The notes under the pieces are model-generated. The model did no database searches. It worked only from the letters and a program-made list of their open reading frames with translations, and was not told where the DNA came from. From assembly GCA_030390025.1 (NCBI GenBank), contig CM059431.1, forward strand, positions 139,378,001-139,442,000: a DNA stretch of 64,000 bases, in the 5' to 3' direction. Origin of the DNA: Squalus acanthias (Eukaryota). The position numbers and the translations under genes were made by a program. Below are positions 24,401 through 37,300 of this stretch, in pieces (the first letter of the stretch is position 1; each line of letters starts with the position of its first letter).

Positions 24401-27400
24401 AGAAACATTGACGTTCCAAAGCTAGAAACAGTAAAGGTCCAAAACTAGAAACAGAAAAGGTCCAAAGCTAGAAACAGTGAAGGTCCAAATCCAGAAACAA
24501 AGGATCTCCAAAGGTAGAAATAGCGGTTGTCCAAAGCTAGAAACAGTGGAGTCCAAAGCTAGAAACAGTGGAGGTCCAACACTAGAAACAGTGAAGGTCC
24601 ATAGCTAGAAACAGTGGAGGTCCAAAGCTATAAACAGTGAAGGTCCAAAGCGAGAAACAGTGAAGATCCAAAGCAGAAACATTGACGTTCCAAAGCTAGA
24701 AACAGTGAAGGTCCAAACCTAGAAACAGTGGAGATCCAAAGCTAGAAAAAGCGATGGTGCAAAGCTAGAAACGGGTGAGATCCAAAGCTCGAAAAAGTGG
24801 AGGTCCAAAGCTAGAAACAGTGAAGGTCCAAAGCTAGAAACAATGTTGGTGCAGAGCTAGAAACAGTTTTGGTGCAAAGCTAGAAACAGTGTTGGTCCAA
24901 AGCTAGAAACAGTGGTGGTCCAAAGCTAGAAACAGTGAAGGTCCAAAGCTAGAAATAGCGGAGGTCCAAAGCTAGAAACAGTGAAAGTCCAAAGTTGAAA
25001 ACAGTGGAGGTCCAAAGCTAAAAAGAGTGAAGGTGCAAAAGGAGAAACAGTCATGGTCCAAAGTTACAAACAGTGGAGGTGCAAAGCTAGAAACATTTAA
25101 AGTCCAAAGCTAGAAACAGTGGAGGTCCAAATCTAGAAACAGTGAAGGTCCAACGCTAGAAACAGTGGAGATCCAAATCTAGAAACAGTGAACGTCCAAA
25201 ACTAGTAACAATGAAGGTCGAAAGCGTGAAAGAGTGGAGCTCTAAAGCTAGAAAGAGTGGAGCTCCAAAGCTAGAAACATAGGAGGTACAAAGCTAGAAA
25301 GCGTGGAGATCCTAAGCTAGAAACAGTGAAGGTCCAAAGACTGAAACAGTGGAGATCCAAAGCTAGAGACAGTGAAGGGCCAAAGCTAGAAACAGTGAAG
25401 GTCCAAAGCTAGAAACAGTGTAGGTCCAAAGCTATAAACAGTGTAGGTTCGAAGCTAGAAATAGTGAAGTTCCCAATCTGGAAACAGTGGTGGTCCAAAG
25501 CTAGAAATAGTGAAGTTCCCAATCTAGAAACAGTGGAGATCCAAAGCTAGAAATAGTGACGTTCCCAATCTAGAAACTGTGGAGGTCCAAAGCTAGAAAC
25601 AGTGAAGTTCCCAATCTAGAAACAGTGGAGGTCGAAAGGTAGAAACAGTGGAGGTCCGAAGCTAGAAATAGTGAAGTTCCCAATCTTGAAACATTGGCGG
25701 TCCAAAGCTAGAAATAGTGAAGTTCCCAATCTAGAAACAGTGCAGTTCCAAAGCTGGAAACAGTGAAGGTCCAAAGAACGAAACAGTGGAGATCCAAAGC
25801 TAGAAACTGTGAAGGTCCAAATCTAGACACAGTGGAGGTCCAAAGCTAGAGACAGTGAAGGTCCAAATCTAGAAACAGTGAAGGTCCAAAGCGAGCAAGA
25901 GTGGTGGTCCAAAGCGAGAAAGAGTGGTGGTCCAAAGCTAGAAACAGTGGTGGCCCAAAGCGAGAAAGAGTGGAGATCCAAAGATAGAAACAGTGAAGTT
26001 CCCAATCTAGTAACAGTGGAGGTCCAAAGCTAGAAATACGAAGTTCCCAAGCTAGGAACAGTGGAGTTCCAGAGCTAGAAATATTGAAGTTCCCAATCTA
26101 GAAACAGTGGAGGTCCAAAGCTAGAAATAGTGAAGTTCCCAATCTAGAAAGAGAGGAGGTCTAAAGCTAGTAACAGTGAAGGTCCAAAGCTAGAAACAGT
26201 GGAGGTCCAAAGCTAGAAACAGTGTAGGTCCAAAGCTAGAAACAGTGAAGGTCCAAATCCAGAAACAAAGGATGTCCAAAGCTAGAAATAGCGGTTGTCC
26301 AAAGCTAGAAACTGTGGAGTCCAAAGCTAGAAACAGTGGAGGTCCAACACTAGAAACAGTGAAGGTCCATAGCTAGAAAAAGTGGAGGTCCAAAGCTAGA
26401 AACAGTGAAGGTCCAAAGCGAGAAACAGTGAAGGTCCAAAGCGAGAAACAGTGAAGATACAAAGCTAGAAACATTGACGTTCCAAAGCTAGAAACAGTAA
26501 AGGTCCAAAGCTAGAAACAGAAAAGGTGCAAAGCTAGAAACAGTGAAGGTCCAAATCCAGAAACAAAGGATGTCCAAAGCTAGAAATAGCGGTTGTCCAA
26601 AGCTAGAAAAAGTGGAGTCCAAAGCTAGAAACAGTGGAGGTCCAACACTAGAAACAGTGAAGTTCCATAGCTAGAAAAAGTGGAGGTCCAAAGCTAGAAA
26701 CAGTGAAGGTCCAAAGCGAGAAACAGTGAAGATCCAAAGCAGAAACATTGACGTTCCAAAGCTAGAAACAGTGAAGGTCCAAACCTAGAAACAATGGAGC
26801 TCCAAAGCTAGAAAAAGCGATGGTGCAAAGCTAGAAACGGGTGAGATCCAAAGCTCGAAACAGTGGAGGTCCAAAGCTAGAAACAGTGAAGGTCCAAAGC
26901 TAGAAACAATGTTGGTGCAAAGCTAGAAACAGTTTTGGTGCAAAGCTAGAAACAGTGTTGGTCCAAAGCTAGAAACAGTGGTGGTCCAAAGCTAGAAACA
27001 GTGAAGGTCCAAAGCTAGAAATAGCGGAGGTCCAAAGCTAGAAACAGTGAAAGTCCAAAGTTGAAAACAGTGGAGGTCCAAAGCTAAAAAGAGTGAAGGT
27101 GCAAAAGGAGAAACAGTCATGGTCCAAAGCTAGAAACAGTGGAGGTCCAAATCTAGAAACAGTGAAGGTCCAACGCTAGAAACAGTGGAGATCCAAATCT
27201 AGAAACAGTGAACGTCCAAAACTAGTAACAATGAAGGTCGAAAGCGTGAAAGAGTGGAGCTCTAAAGCTAGAAAGAGTGGAGCTCCAAAGCTAGAAACAT
27301 AGGAGGTACAAAGCTAGAAAGCGTGGAGATCCTAAGCTAGAAACAGTGAAGGTCCAAAGACTGAAACAGTGGAGATCCAAAGCTAGAGACAGTGAAGGGC

Positions 27401-30400
27401 CAAAGCTAGAAACAGTGAAGGTCCAAAGCTAGAAACAGTGTAGGTCCAAAGCTATAAACAGTGTAGGTTCGAAGCTAGAAATAGTGAAGTTCCCAATCTG
27501 GAAACAGTGGTGGTCCAAAGCTAGAAATAGTGAAGTTCCCAATCTAGAAACAGTGGAGATCCAAAGCTAGAAATAGTGACGTTCCCAATCTAGAAACTGT
27601 GGAGGTCCAAAGCTAGAAACAGTGAAGTTCCCAATCTAGAAACAGTGGAGGTCGAAAGGTAGAAACAGTGGAGGTCCGAAGCTAGAAAGAGTGAAGTTCC
27701 CAATCTTGAAACATTGGCGGTCCAAAGCTAGAAATAGTGAAGTTCCCAATCTAGAAACAGTGAAGTTCCAAAGCTGGAAACAGTGAAGGTCCAAAGAACG
27801 AAACAGTGGAGATCCAAAGCTAGAAACTGTGAAGGTCCAAATCTAGACACAGTGGAGGTCCAAAGCTAGAGACAGTGAAGGTCCAAATCTAGAAACAGTG
27901 AAGGTCCAAAGCGAGCAAGAGTGGTGGTCCAAAGCGAGAAAGAGTGGTGGTCCAAAGCGAGAAACAGTGGTGGCCCAAAGCGAGAAAGAGTGGAGATCCA
28001 AAGATAGAAACAGTGAAGTTCCCAATCTAGTAACAGTGGAGGTCCAAAGCTAGAAATACGAAGTTCCCAAGCTAGGAACAGTGGAGTTCCAGAGCTAGAA
28101 ATAGTGAAGTTCCCAATCTAGAAATAGTGGAGGTCCAAAGCTAAAAGTAGTGAAGTTCCAAATCTAGACAGAGTGAAGGTCAAAGCAAGAAACAGTGGAG
28201 TACCGAATCTAGTAACAGTGAAGGTCCAAAGCTAGAAACAGTGGAGGTCCAAAGCTAGAAACAGTGTAGGTCCAAAGCTAGAAACAGTGAAGGTCCAAAT
28301 CCAGAAACAAAGGATGTCCAAAGCTAGAAATAGCGGTTGTCCAAAGCTAGAAACAGTGGAGTCCAAAGCTAGAAACAGTGGAGGTCCAACACTAGAAACA
28401 GTGAAGGTCCACAGCTAGAAACAGTGGAGGTCCAAAGCTAGAAACAGTGAAGGTCCAAAGCGAGAAATATTGAAGGTGCAAAGCGAGAAACAGTGAAGAT
28501 ACAAAGCTAGAAACATTGACGTTCCAAAGCTAGAAACAGTGAAGGTCCAAACCTAGAAACAGTGGAGATCCAAAGCTAGAAAAGGCGATGGTGCAAAGCT
28601 AGAAACGGGTGAGATCCAAAGCTCGAAACAGTGGAGGTCCAAAGCTAGAAACAGTGAAGGTCCAAAGCTAGAAACAATGTTGGTGCACAGCTAGAAACAG
28701 TTTTGGTGCAAAGCCAGAAACAGTGTTGGTCCTAAGCTAGAAACAGTGGTGGTCCAAAGCTAGAAACAGTGAAGGTCCAAAGCTAGAAATAGCGGAGGTC
28801 CAAAGCTAGAAACAGTGAAAGTCCAAAGTTGAAAACAGTGGAGTTCCAAAGCTAAAAAGAGTGAAGGTGCAAAAGGAGAAACAGTCATGGTCCAAAGCTA
28901 GAAACAGTGGAGGTCCAAAGCTAGAAACATTTAAAGTCCAAAGCTCGAAACAGTGGAGGTCCAAATCTAGAAACAGTGAAGGTCCAACGCTAGAAACAGT
29001 GGAGATCCAAAGCTAGAAACAGTGAACGTCCAAAACTAGTAACAATGAAGGTCGAAAGCGTGAAAGAGTGGAGCTCTAAAGCTAGAAAGAAAGGAGCTCC
29101 AAAGCTAGAAACATAGGAGGTACAAAACTAGAAAGCGTGGAGATCCTAAGCTAGAAACAGTGAAGGTCCAAAGACTGAAACAGTGGAGATCCAAAGCTAG
29201 AGACAGTGAAGGGCCAAAGCTAGAAACAGTGAAGGTCCAAAGCTAGAAACAGTGTAGGTCCAAAGCTATAAACAGTGTAGGTTCGAAGCTAGAAATAGTG
29301 AAGTTCCCAATCTGGAAACAGTGGTGGTCCAAAGCTAGAAATAGTGAAGTTCCCAATCTAGAAACAGTGGAGATCCAAAGCTGGAAATAGTGACGTTCCC
29401 AATCTAGAAACTGTGGAGGTCCAAAGCTAGAAACAGTGAAGTTCCCAATCTAGAAACAGTGGAGGTCGAAAGGTAGAAACAGTGGAGGTGCGAAGCTGGA
29501 AATAGTGAAGTTCCCAATCTTGAAACATTGGCGGTCCAAAGCTAGAAATAGTGAAGTTCCCAATCTAGAAACAGTGAAGTTCCAAAGCTGGAAACAGTGA
29601 AGGTCCAAAGAACGAAACAGTGGAGATCCAAAGCTAGAAACTGTGAAGGTCCAAATCTAGACACAGTGGAGGTCCAAAGCTAGAGACAGTGAAGGTCCAA
29701 ATCTAGAAACAGTGAAGGTCCAAAGCGAGAAAGAGTGGTGGTCCAAAGCTAGAAACAGTGGTGGCCCAAAGCGAGAAAGAGTGGAGATCCAAAGATAGAA
29801 ACAGTGAAGTTCCCAATCTAGTAACAGTGGAGGTCCAAAGCTAGAAATACGAAGTTCCCAAGCTAGGAACAGTGGAGTTCCAGAGCTAGAAATAGTGAAG
29901 TTCCCAATCTAGAAACAGTGGAGGTCCAAAGCTAGAAGTAGTGAAGTTCCAAATCTAGACAGAGTGAAGGTCAAAGCAAGAAACAGTGGAGTACCGAATC
30001 TAGAAATAGTGAAGTTCCCAATCTAGAAACAGTGGAGGTCCAAAGCTAGAAATAGTGAAGTTCCCAATCTAGAAAGAGAGGAGGTCCAAAGCTAGAAACA
30101 GTGGAGGTCCAAAGCTAGAAACAGTGTAGGTCCAAAGCTAGAAACAGTGTAGGTCCAAAGCTAGAAACAGTGGAGGTCCGAAGCTAGAAATAGTGAAGCT
30201 CCCAATCTATTAACAGTGGATGTCCAAAGGGAGAAATATTGAAGTTCCCAATGTAGGACAAGTGGAGGTCCAAAGCTAGAAATAGTGAAGGTCCAAAGCT
30301 AGACACATTGAAGGTCCAAAGCTAGAAACAATGGAGGTCCAAAGCTAGTAACAGTGAAGGTCCAAAGATAGAAACAGTGAAGGTCCAAAGCGAGTAACAG

Positions 30401-33400
30401 TGAAGATACAAAGCTAGAAACATTGACGTTCCAAAGCTAGAAACAGTGAAGGTCCAAAGCTAGAAACAGAAAAGGTCCAAAGCTATAAACAGTGAAGGTC
30501 CAAATCCAGAAACAAAGGAAGTCCAAAGCTAGAAATCGCGGTTGTCCAAAGTTGGAAACAGTGGAGTCCAAAGCTAGAAACAGTGGAGGTCCAACACTAG
30601 AAACAGTGAAGGTCCAAAGCGAGAAACAGTGAAGCTCCAAAGCTAGAAACATTGACGTTCCAAAGCTAGAACGAGTGAAGGTCCAAACCTAGAAACAGTG
30701 GAGATCCAAAGCTAGAAACAGCGATGGTGCAATGCTAGAAACGGGTGAGATCCAAAGCTCGAAACAGTGGAGGTCCAAAGCTAGAAACAGTGAAGGTCCA
30801 AAGCTAGAAACAGTTTTGGTGCAAAGCTAGAAACAGTGTTGGTCCAAAGCTAGAAACAGTGGTGGTCCAAAGCTAGAAACAGTGAAGGTCCAAAGCTGGA
30901 AATAGCGGAGGTCCAAAGCTAGAAACAGTGAAGGTCCAAAGTTGAAAACAGTGGAGGTCCAAAGCTAGAAAGAGTGAAGGTGCAAAAGGAGAAACAGTCA
31001 TGGTCCAAAGCTAGAAACAGTGGAGGTCCAAAGCTACAAACATTGAAGGTCCAAAGCTAGAAACAGTGAAGGTCCAACTCTAGAAACAGTGAAGGTCCAA
31101 AGCTAGAAACAGTGAAGAGTCAAAGCTAGAATCAGTGAAGTTCCAAAGCTACTAACAGTGAAGGTCCAACGCTAGAAACAGTGGAGATCCAAAGCTAGAA
31201 ACAGTGAACGTCCAAAACTAGTAACAATGAAGGTCGAAAGCGTGAAAGAGTGGAGCTCTAAAGCTAGAAAGAGTGGAGCTCCAAAGCTAGAAACATAGGA
31301 GGTACAAAGCTAGAAAGCGTGGAGATCCTAAGCTAGAAACACTGAAGGTCCAAAGACTGAAACAGTGGAGATCCAAAGCTAGAGACAGTGAAGGGCTAAA
31401 GCATGAAACAGTGAAGGTCCAAAGCTAGAAACAGTGTAGGTCCAAAGCTATAAACAGTGTAGGTTCGAAGCAAGAAATAGTGAAGTTCCCATTCTGGAAA
31501 CAGTGGTGGTCCAAAGCTAGAAATAGTGAAGTTCTCAATCTAGAAACAGTGGAGATCCAAAGCTAGAAATAGTGACGTTCCCAATCTAGAAAATGTGGAG
31601 GTCCAAAGCTAGAAACAGTGAAGTTCCCAATCTAGAAACAGTGGAGGTCGAAAGGTAGAAACAGTGGAGGTCCGAAGCTAGAAATAGTGAAGTTCCCAAT
31701 CTTGAAACATTGGCGGTCCAAAGCTGGAAACAGTGAAGGTCCAAAGAACGAAACAGTGGAAATCAAAAGCTAGAAATAGTGAAGGTCCAAATCTAGACAC
31801 AGTGGAGGTCCAAAGCTAGAGACAGTGAAGGTCCAAATCTAGAAACAGTGAAGGTCCAAAGCGAGCAAGAGTGGTGGTCCAAAGCGAGAAAGAGTGGTGG
31901 TCCAAAGCTAGAAACAGTGGTGGCCCAAAGCGAGAAAGAGTGGAGATCCAAAGATAGAAACAGTGAAGTTCCCAATCTAGTAACAGTGGAGGTCCAAATC
32001 TAGAAATACGAAGTTACCAATCTAGGAACAGTGGAGTTCCAGAGCTAGAAATAGTGAAGTTCCCAATCTAGAAACAGTGGAGGTCCAAAGGTAGAAGTAG
32101 TGAAGTTCCAAATCTAGACAAAATGAAGGTCAAAGCAAGAAACAGTGGAGTGCCGAATCTAGAAATAGTGAAGTTCCCAATCTAGAAACAGTGGAGGTCC
32201 AAAGCTAGAAATAGTGAAGTTCCCAATCTAGAAAGAGAGGAGGTCTAAAGCTAGTAACAGTGAAGGTCCAAAGCTAGAAACAGTGGAGGTCCAAAGCTAG
32301 AAACAGTGTAGGTCCAAAGCTAGAAACAGTGGAGGTCCGAAGCTAGAAATAGTGAAGCTCCCAATCTATTAACAGTGGATGTCCAAAGGGAGAAATATTG
32401 AAGTTCCCAATCTAGGAACAGTGGAGGTCCAAAGCTAGAAATAGTGAAGTTCCCAATCTAGAAACAGTGGAGGTCCAAAGCTAGAAATAGATAAGTTCCA
32501 AATCTAGACACAGTGAAGGTCAAAGCAAGAAACAGTGGAGGTCCGAAGCGAGAAATAGTGAAGTTCCCAATCTTGAAACAGTGGAGGTCCAAAGCTAGAA
32601 ATAGTGAAGTTCCCAATCTAGAAACAAAGGAGGTCTAAAGCTAGAAACAGTGGAGGTCCAAAGCTAGTAACAGTGAAGGCACAAAGCTGGAAACAGTGGA
32701 GGTCCAAAGCTAGAAACAGTGAAGGTCCAAAGTTAGAAAAAGTGAAGGTCGAAAGCTAGAAACAGTGAATGTCCAAAGCTGGAAACAGTGAATGTTGAAA
32801 GCCAGAAATGGTGGAGGTCCAAAGCTAGAAACAGTCATGGTCCAAAGCTAGAAACAGTGGAGGTCCAAAGCTAGAAACATTGAAGGTCCAAAGCTAGAAA
32901 CAGTGGAGAGCCAAAGCTAGAATCAGTGAAGTTCCAAAGCTAGTAACAGTGAAGGTCCAACGCTAGAAACAGTGGAGATCCAAAGCTAGAAACAGTGAAC
33001 GTCCAAAACTAGTAACAATGAAGGTCGAAAGCGTGAAAGAGTGGAGCTCTAAAGCTAGAAAGAGTGGAGCTCCATTGCTAGAAACATAGGAGGTACAAAG
33101 CTAGTAAGCGTGGAGATCCTAAGCGAGAAACAGCGAAGGTCCATAGACTGAAACAGTGGAGATCCAAAGCTAGAGACAGTGAAGGGCCAAAGCTAGAAAC
33201 AGTGAAGGTCCAAAGCTAGAAACAGTGTAGGTCCAAAGATATAAACAGTGTAGGTTCGAAGCTAGAAATAGTGAAGTTCCCAATCTGGAAACAGTGGTGG
33301 TCCAAAGCTAGAAATAGTGAAGTTCCCAATCTAGAAACAGTAGAGATCCAAAACTGGAAACAGTGAAGGTCCAAAGAACGAAACAGTGGAGATCCAAAGC

Positions 33401-34300
33401 TAGAAACTTTGAAGGTCCAAATCTAGACACAGTGGAGGTCCAAAGCTAGAGACAGTGAAGGTCCAAATCTAGAAACAGTGAAGGTCCAAAGCGAGCAAGA
33501 GTGGTGGTCCAAAGCGAGAAAGAGTGGTGGTCCAAAGCTAGAAACAGTGGTGGCCCAATGCGAGAAAGAGTGGAGATCCAAAGATAGAAACAGTGAAGTT
33601 CCCAATCTAGGAACAGTGGAGTTCCAGAGCTAGAAATAGTGAAGTTCCCAATCTAGAAACAGTGGAGGTCCAAAGCTAGAAGTAGTGAAGTTCCAGATCT
33701 AGACAGAGTGAAGGTCAAAGCAAGAAACAGTGGAGTACCGAATCTAGAAATAGTGAAGTTCCCAATCTAGAAACAGTGGAGGTCCAAAGCTAGAAATAGT
33801 GAAGTTCCCAATCTAGAAAGAGAGGAGGTCTAAAGCTAGTAACAGTGAAGGTCCAAAGCTAGAAACAGTGGAGGTCCAAAGCTAGAAACACTGTAGGTCC
33901 AAAGCTAGAAACAGTGGAGGTCCAAAGCTAGAAACACTGTAGGTCCAAAGCTAGAAACAGTGGAGGTCCGAAGCTAGAAATAGTGAAGCTCCCAATCTAT
34001 TAACAGTGGATGTCCAAAGGGAGAAATATTGAAGTTCCCAATCTAGGAACAGTGGAGGTCCAAAGCTAGAAATAGTGAAGTTCCCAATCTAGAAACAGTG
34101 GAGGTCCAAAGCTAGAAATAGTAAAGTTCCAAATCTAGACACAGTGAAGGTCAAAGCAAGAAACAGTGGAGGTCCGAAGCGAGAAATAGTGAAGTTCCCA
34201 ATCTATTAACAGTGGATGTCTAAAGCGGGAAATATTGAAGTTCCCAATCTAGGAACAATTGAGGTCGAAAGCTAGAAATAGTGAGGTTCCCAATCTAGAA
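9400..34300 (+). repeat. Satellite HOR domain II: ~1.8-2.3-kb unit (~77-99 monomers, modal 2,066 bp), about 13 copies including shortened ones
   Basis: Marker CAGTCATGG at 10,064, 12,244, 14,310, 15,459, 17,525, 19,287, 21,403, 22,779, 25,048, 27,114, 28,882, 30,995 and 32,832. The near-identical spurious 60-aa ORF MGTSLFLSLDLH... also recurs in nine units. Confidence 0.9.
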
Positions 34301-37300
34301 ACAAAGGAGGTCTAAAGCTAGAAACAGTGGAGGTCGAAAGCTAGAAACAGTGAATGTCCAAAGCTGGAAATAGCGGATGTCCAAAGCTAGAAATAGTGGA
34401 GGTCCAAAGCTAGAAACAGTGGAGGTCCAAAACTAGAAACAGTGAAGGTCCAAAGCTAAAAACAGTGAAGATCCAAAGCTAGAAACAGTGAAGTTCCAAT
34501 GCTAGAAACAGTGAAGGTCCAAAGCTGGAAACAGAGGTGGTCAAAAGTTAGAAACAGCGAAGGTCCAAAGCTAGAAACAGTTGAGATCCAAAGCTAGAAA
34601 CAGTGGAGGTCCAAAGCTAGAAACAGTGGTGGTCCAAAGCTAGAAACAGTGGTGGCCCAAAGCGAGAAAGAGTGGAGATCCAAAGATAGAAACAGTGAAG
34701 TTCCCAATCTAGTAACAGTGGAGGTCCAAAGCTAGAAATACGAAGTTCCCAATCTAGGAACAGTGGAGTTCCAGAGCTAGAAATAGTGAAGTTCCCAATC
34801 AAGAAACAGTGGAGGTCCAAAGCTAGAAGTAGTGAAGTTCCAAATCTAGACAGAGTGAAGGTCAAAGCAAGAAACAGTGGAGTACCGAATCTAGAAATAG
34901 TGAAGTTCCCAATCTCGAAACAGTGGAGTTCCAAAGCTAGAAATAGTGAAGTTCCCAATCTAGAAAGAGAGGAGGTCTAAAGCTAGTAACAGTGAAGGTC
35001 CAAAGCTAGAAACAGTGGAGGTCCAAAGCTAGAAACAGTGGAGGTCCGAAGCTAGAAATAGTGAAGCTCCCAATCTATTAACAGTGGATGTCCAAAGGGA
35101 GAAATATTGAAGTTCCCAATCTAGAAACAGTGGAGGTCCGAAGCGAGAAATAGTGAAGTTCCCAATCTTGAAACAGTTGAGGTCCAAAGCTAGAAATAGT
35201 GAGGTTCCCAATCTAGAAACAAAGGAGGTCTAAAGCTAGAAACAGTGGAGGTCCAAAGCTAGTAACAGTCAAGGCACAAAGCTGGAAACAGTGGAGGTTC
35301 AAAGCTAGAAACAGTGAAGGTCCAAAGTTAGAAAAAGTTAAGGTCGAAAGCTAGAAACAGTGAATGTCCAAAGCTTGAAATAGCGGATGTCCAAAGCTAG
35401 AAATAGTGGAGGTCCAAAGCTAAAAACAGTGAAGATCCAAAGCTAGAAAAAGTGAAGTTCCAATGCTAGAAACAGTGAAGGTCCAAAGCTGGAAACAGAG
35501 GTGGTCAAAAGTTAGAAACAGCGAAGGTCCAAAGCTAGAAACAGTTGAGATCGAAAGCTAGAAACAGTGGAGGTCCAAAGCTAGAAACAGTGGAGGTCCA
35601 AAGCTAGAAACAATGAAGGTCCAAAGCTCGAAACATTGGAGGTCCAAAGTTAGAAACAGTGAAGGTCCAAAGCTAGAAACAGTGTTGGTCCAAAGCCAGT
35701 AACAGTGCAGGTCCAAAACTAGAAACAGTGAAGGTCCAAAGCTAGTAACAGTGGAGGTGCAAAGCTGGAAACAGTGTAGGTCCATAGCTAGAAACAGTAG
35801 AGGTCCGAAGCTAGAAATAGTGAAGTTCCCAATCTATTAACAGTGGATGCCCAAAGCGAGAAATATTGAAGTTCCCAATCTAGGAACAGTTGAGGTCCAA
35901 AGCTAGAAATAGTGAGGTTCCCAATCTAGAAACAAAGGAGGTCTAAAGCTAGAAACAGTGGAGGTCCAAAGCTAGTAACAGTGAAGGCACAAAGCTGGAA
36001 ACAGTGGAGGTTCAAAGCTAGAAACAGTGAAGGTCCAAAGTTAGAAAAAGTTAAGGTCGAAAGCTAGAAACAGTGAATGTCCAAAGCTGGAAATAGCGGA
36101 TGTCCAAAGCTAGAAATAGTGGAGGTCCAAAGCTAGAAACAGTGGAGGTCCAAAACTAGAAACAGTGAAGGTCCAAAGCTAAAAACAGTGAAGATCCAAA
36201 GCTAGAAACAGTGAAGTTCCAATGCTAGAAACAGTGAAGGTCCAAAGCTGGAAACAGAGGTGGTCAAAAGTTAGAAACAGCGAAGGTCCAAAGCTAGAAA
36301 CAGTTGAGATCCAAAGCTAGAAACAGTGGAGGTCCAAAGCTAGAAACAGTGGAGGTCCAAAGCTAGAAACAGTGGAGGTCCAAAGCTCGAAACAGTGGAG
36401 GTCCAAAGTTAGAAACAGTGAAGGTCCAAAGCTAGAAACAGTGTTGGTCCAAAGCCAGTAACAGTGCAGGTCCAAAACTAGAAATAGTGAAGGTCCAAAG
36501 CTGGAAACCGTGAATGTTCAAAGTTAGAAACAGTGAAGGTCCAAAGCTAGAAACAGTGTTGGTCCAAAGCTAGAAACAGTGGAGGTCCAAAGCTAGAAAC
36601 AGGGAAGGTCCAAGGCTAGAGACAGTGAAGGTACAAAGCTAGAAACAGTAGAGGTCCAAAGCTCGAAAGAGTGAAGGTCCAAAACTAGAAACAGTGGAGA
36701 TCCGAATCTAGAAACAGTGGAGGTCCAAAGCTAGAAACATTGGAGGTCCAAAGCTACAAACAGTGGAGGTCCAAAGCTAGATACAGTGAAGGTCCAAAAC
36801 TAGAGACAGTGAATTCCAAAGCTAGAAACAGTGACGGTCCAAAGCTAGAAACAGTGAAGGTCGAAATTAAGAAACAATTGAGATCCAAAACTAGAAACTC
36901 TGATGGTCCAAAGCTAGACACAGTGAAGGTCAAAGCTAGAAACAGTGGAGGTCCGAAGCTAGAATAGTGAAGTTCCCAATCCAGAAAAAGTGGAGGTCCA
37001 AAGCTAGAAATAGTGAAGTTCCCAATTTAGAAACAGTGGAGGTCTAAAGCTAGAAACAGTGGAGATCCAAAGCTAGTCACATTGAAGGTCCAAAGCTAGA
37101 AACAATGGAGGTCCACAGCTAGAAACAGTGGAGGTCCAAAGCTAGAAACAGTGAAGGTGCAAAGTTAGAAACAGTGAAGGTCCAAAGCTAGAAACAGTGA
37201 AGGTCCAAAGCTAGAAACAGTGTTGGTCCAAAGCTAGAAACACTAGAGGTCCAAAGCTAGAAAAAGTGGAGGTCCAAAGCTAGAAACAGTGGAGGTCCGA

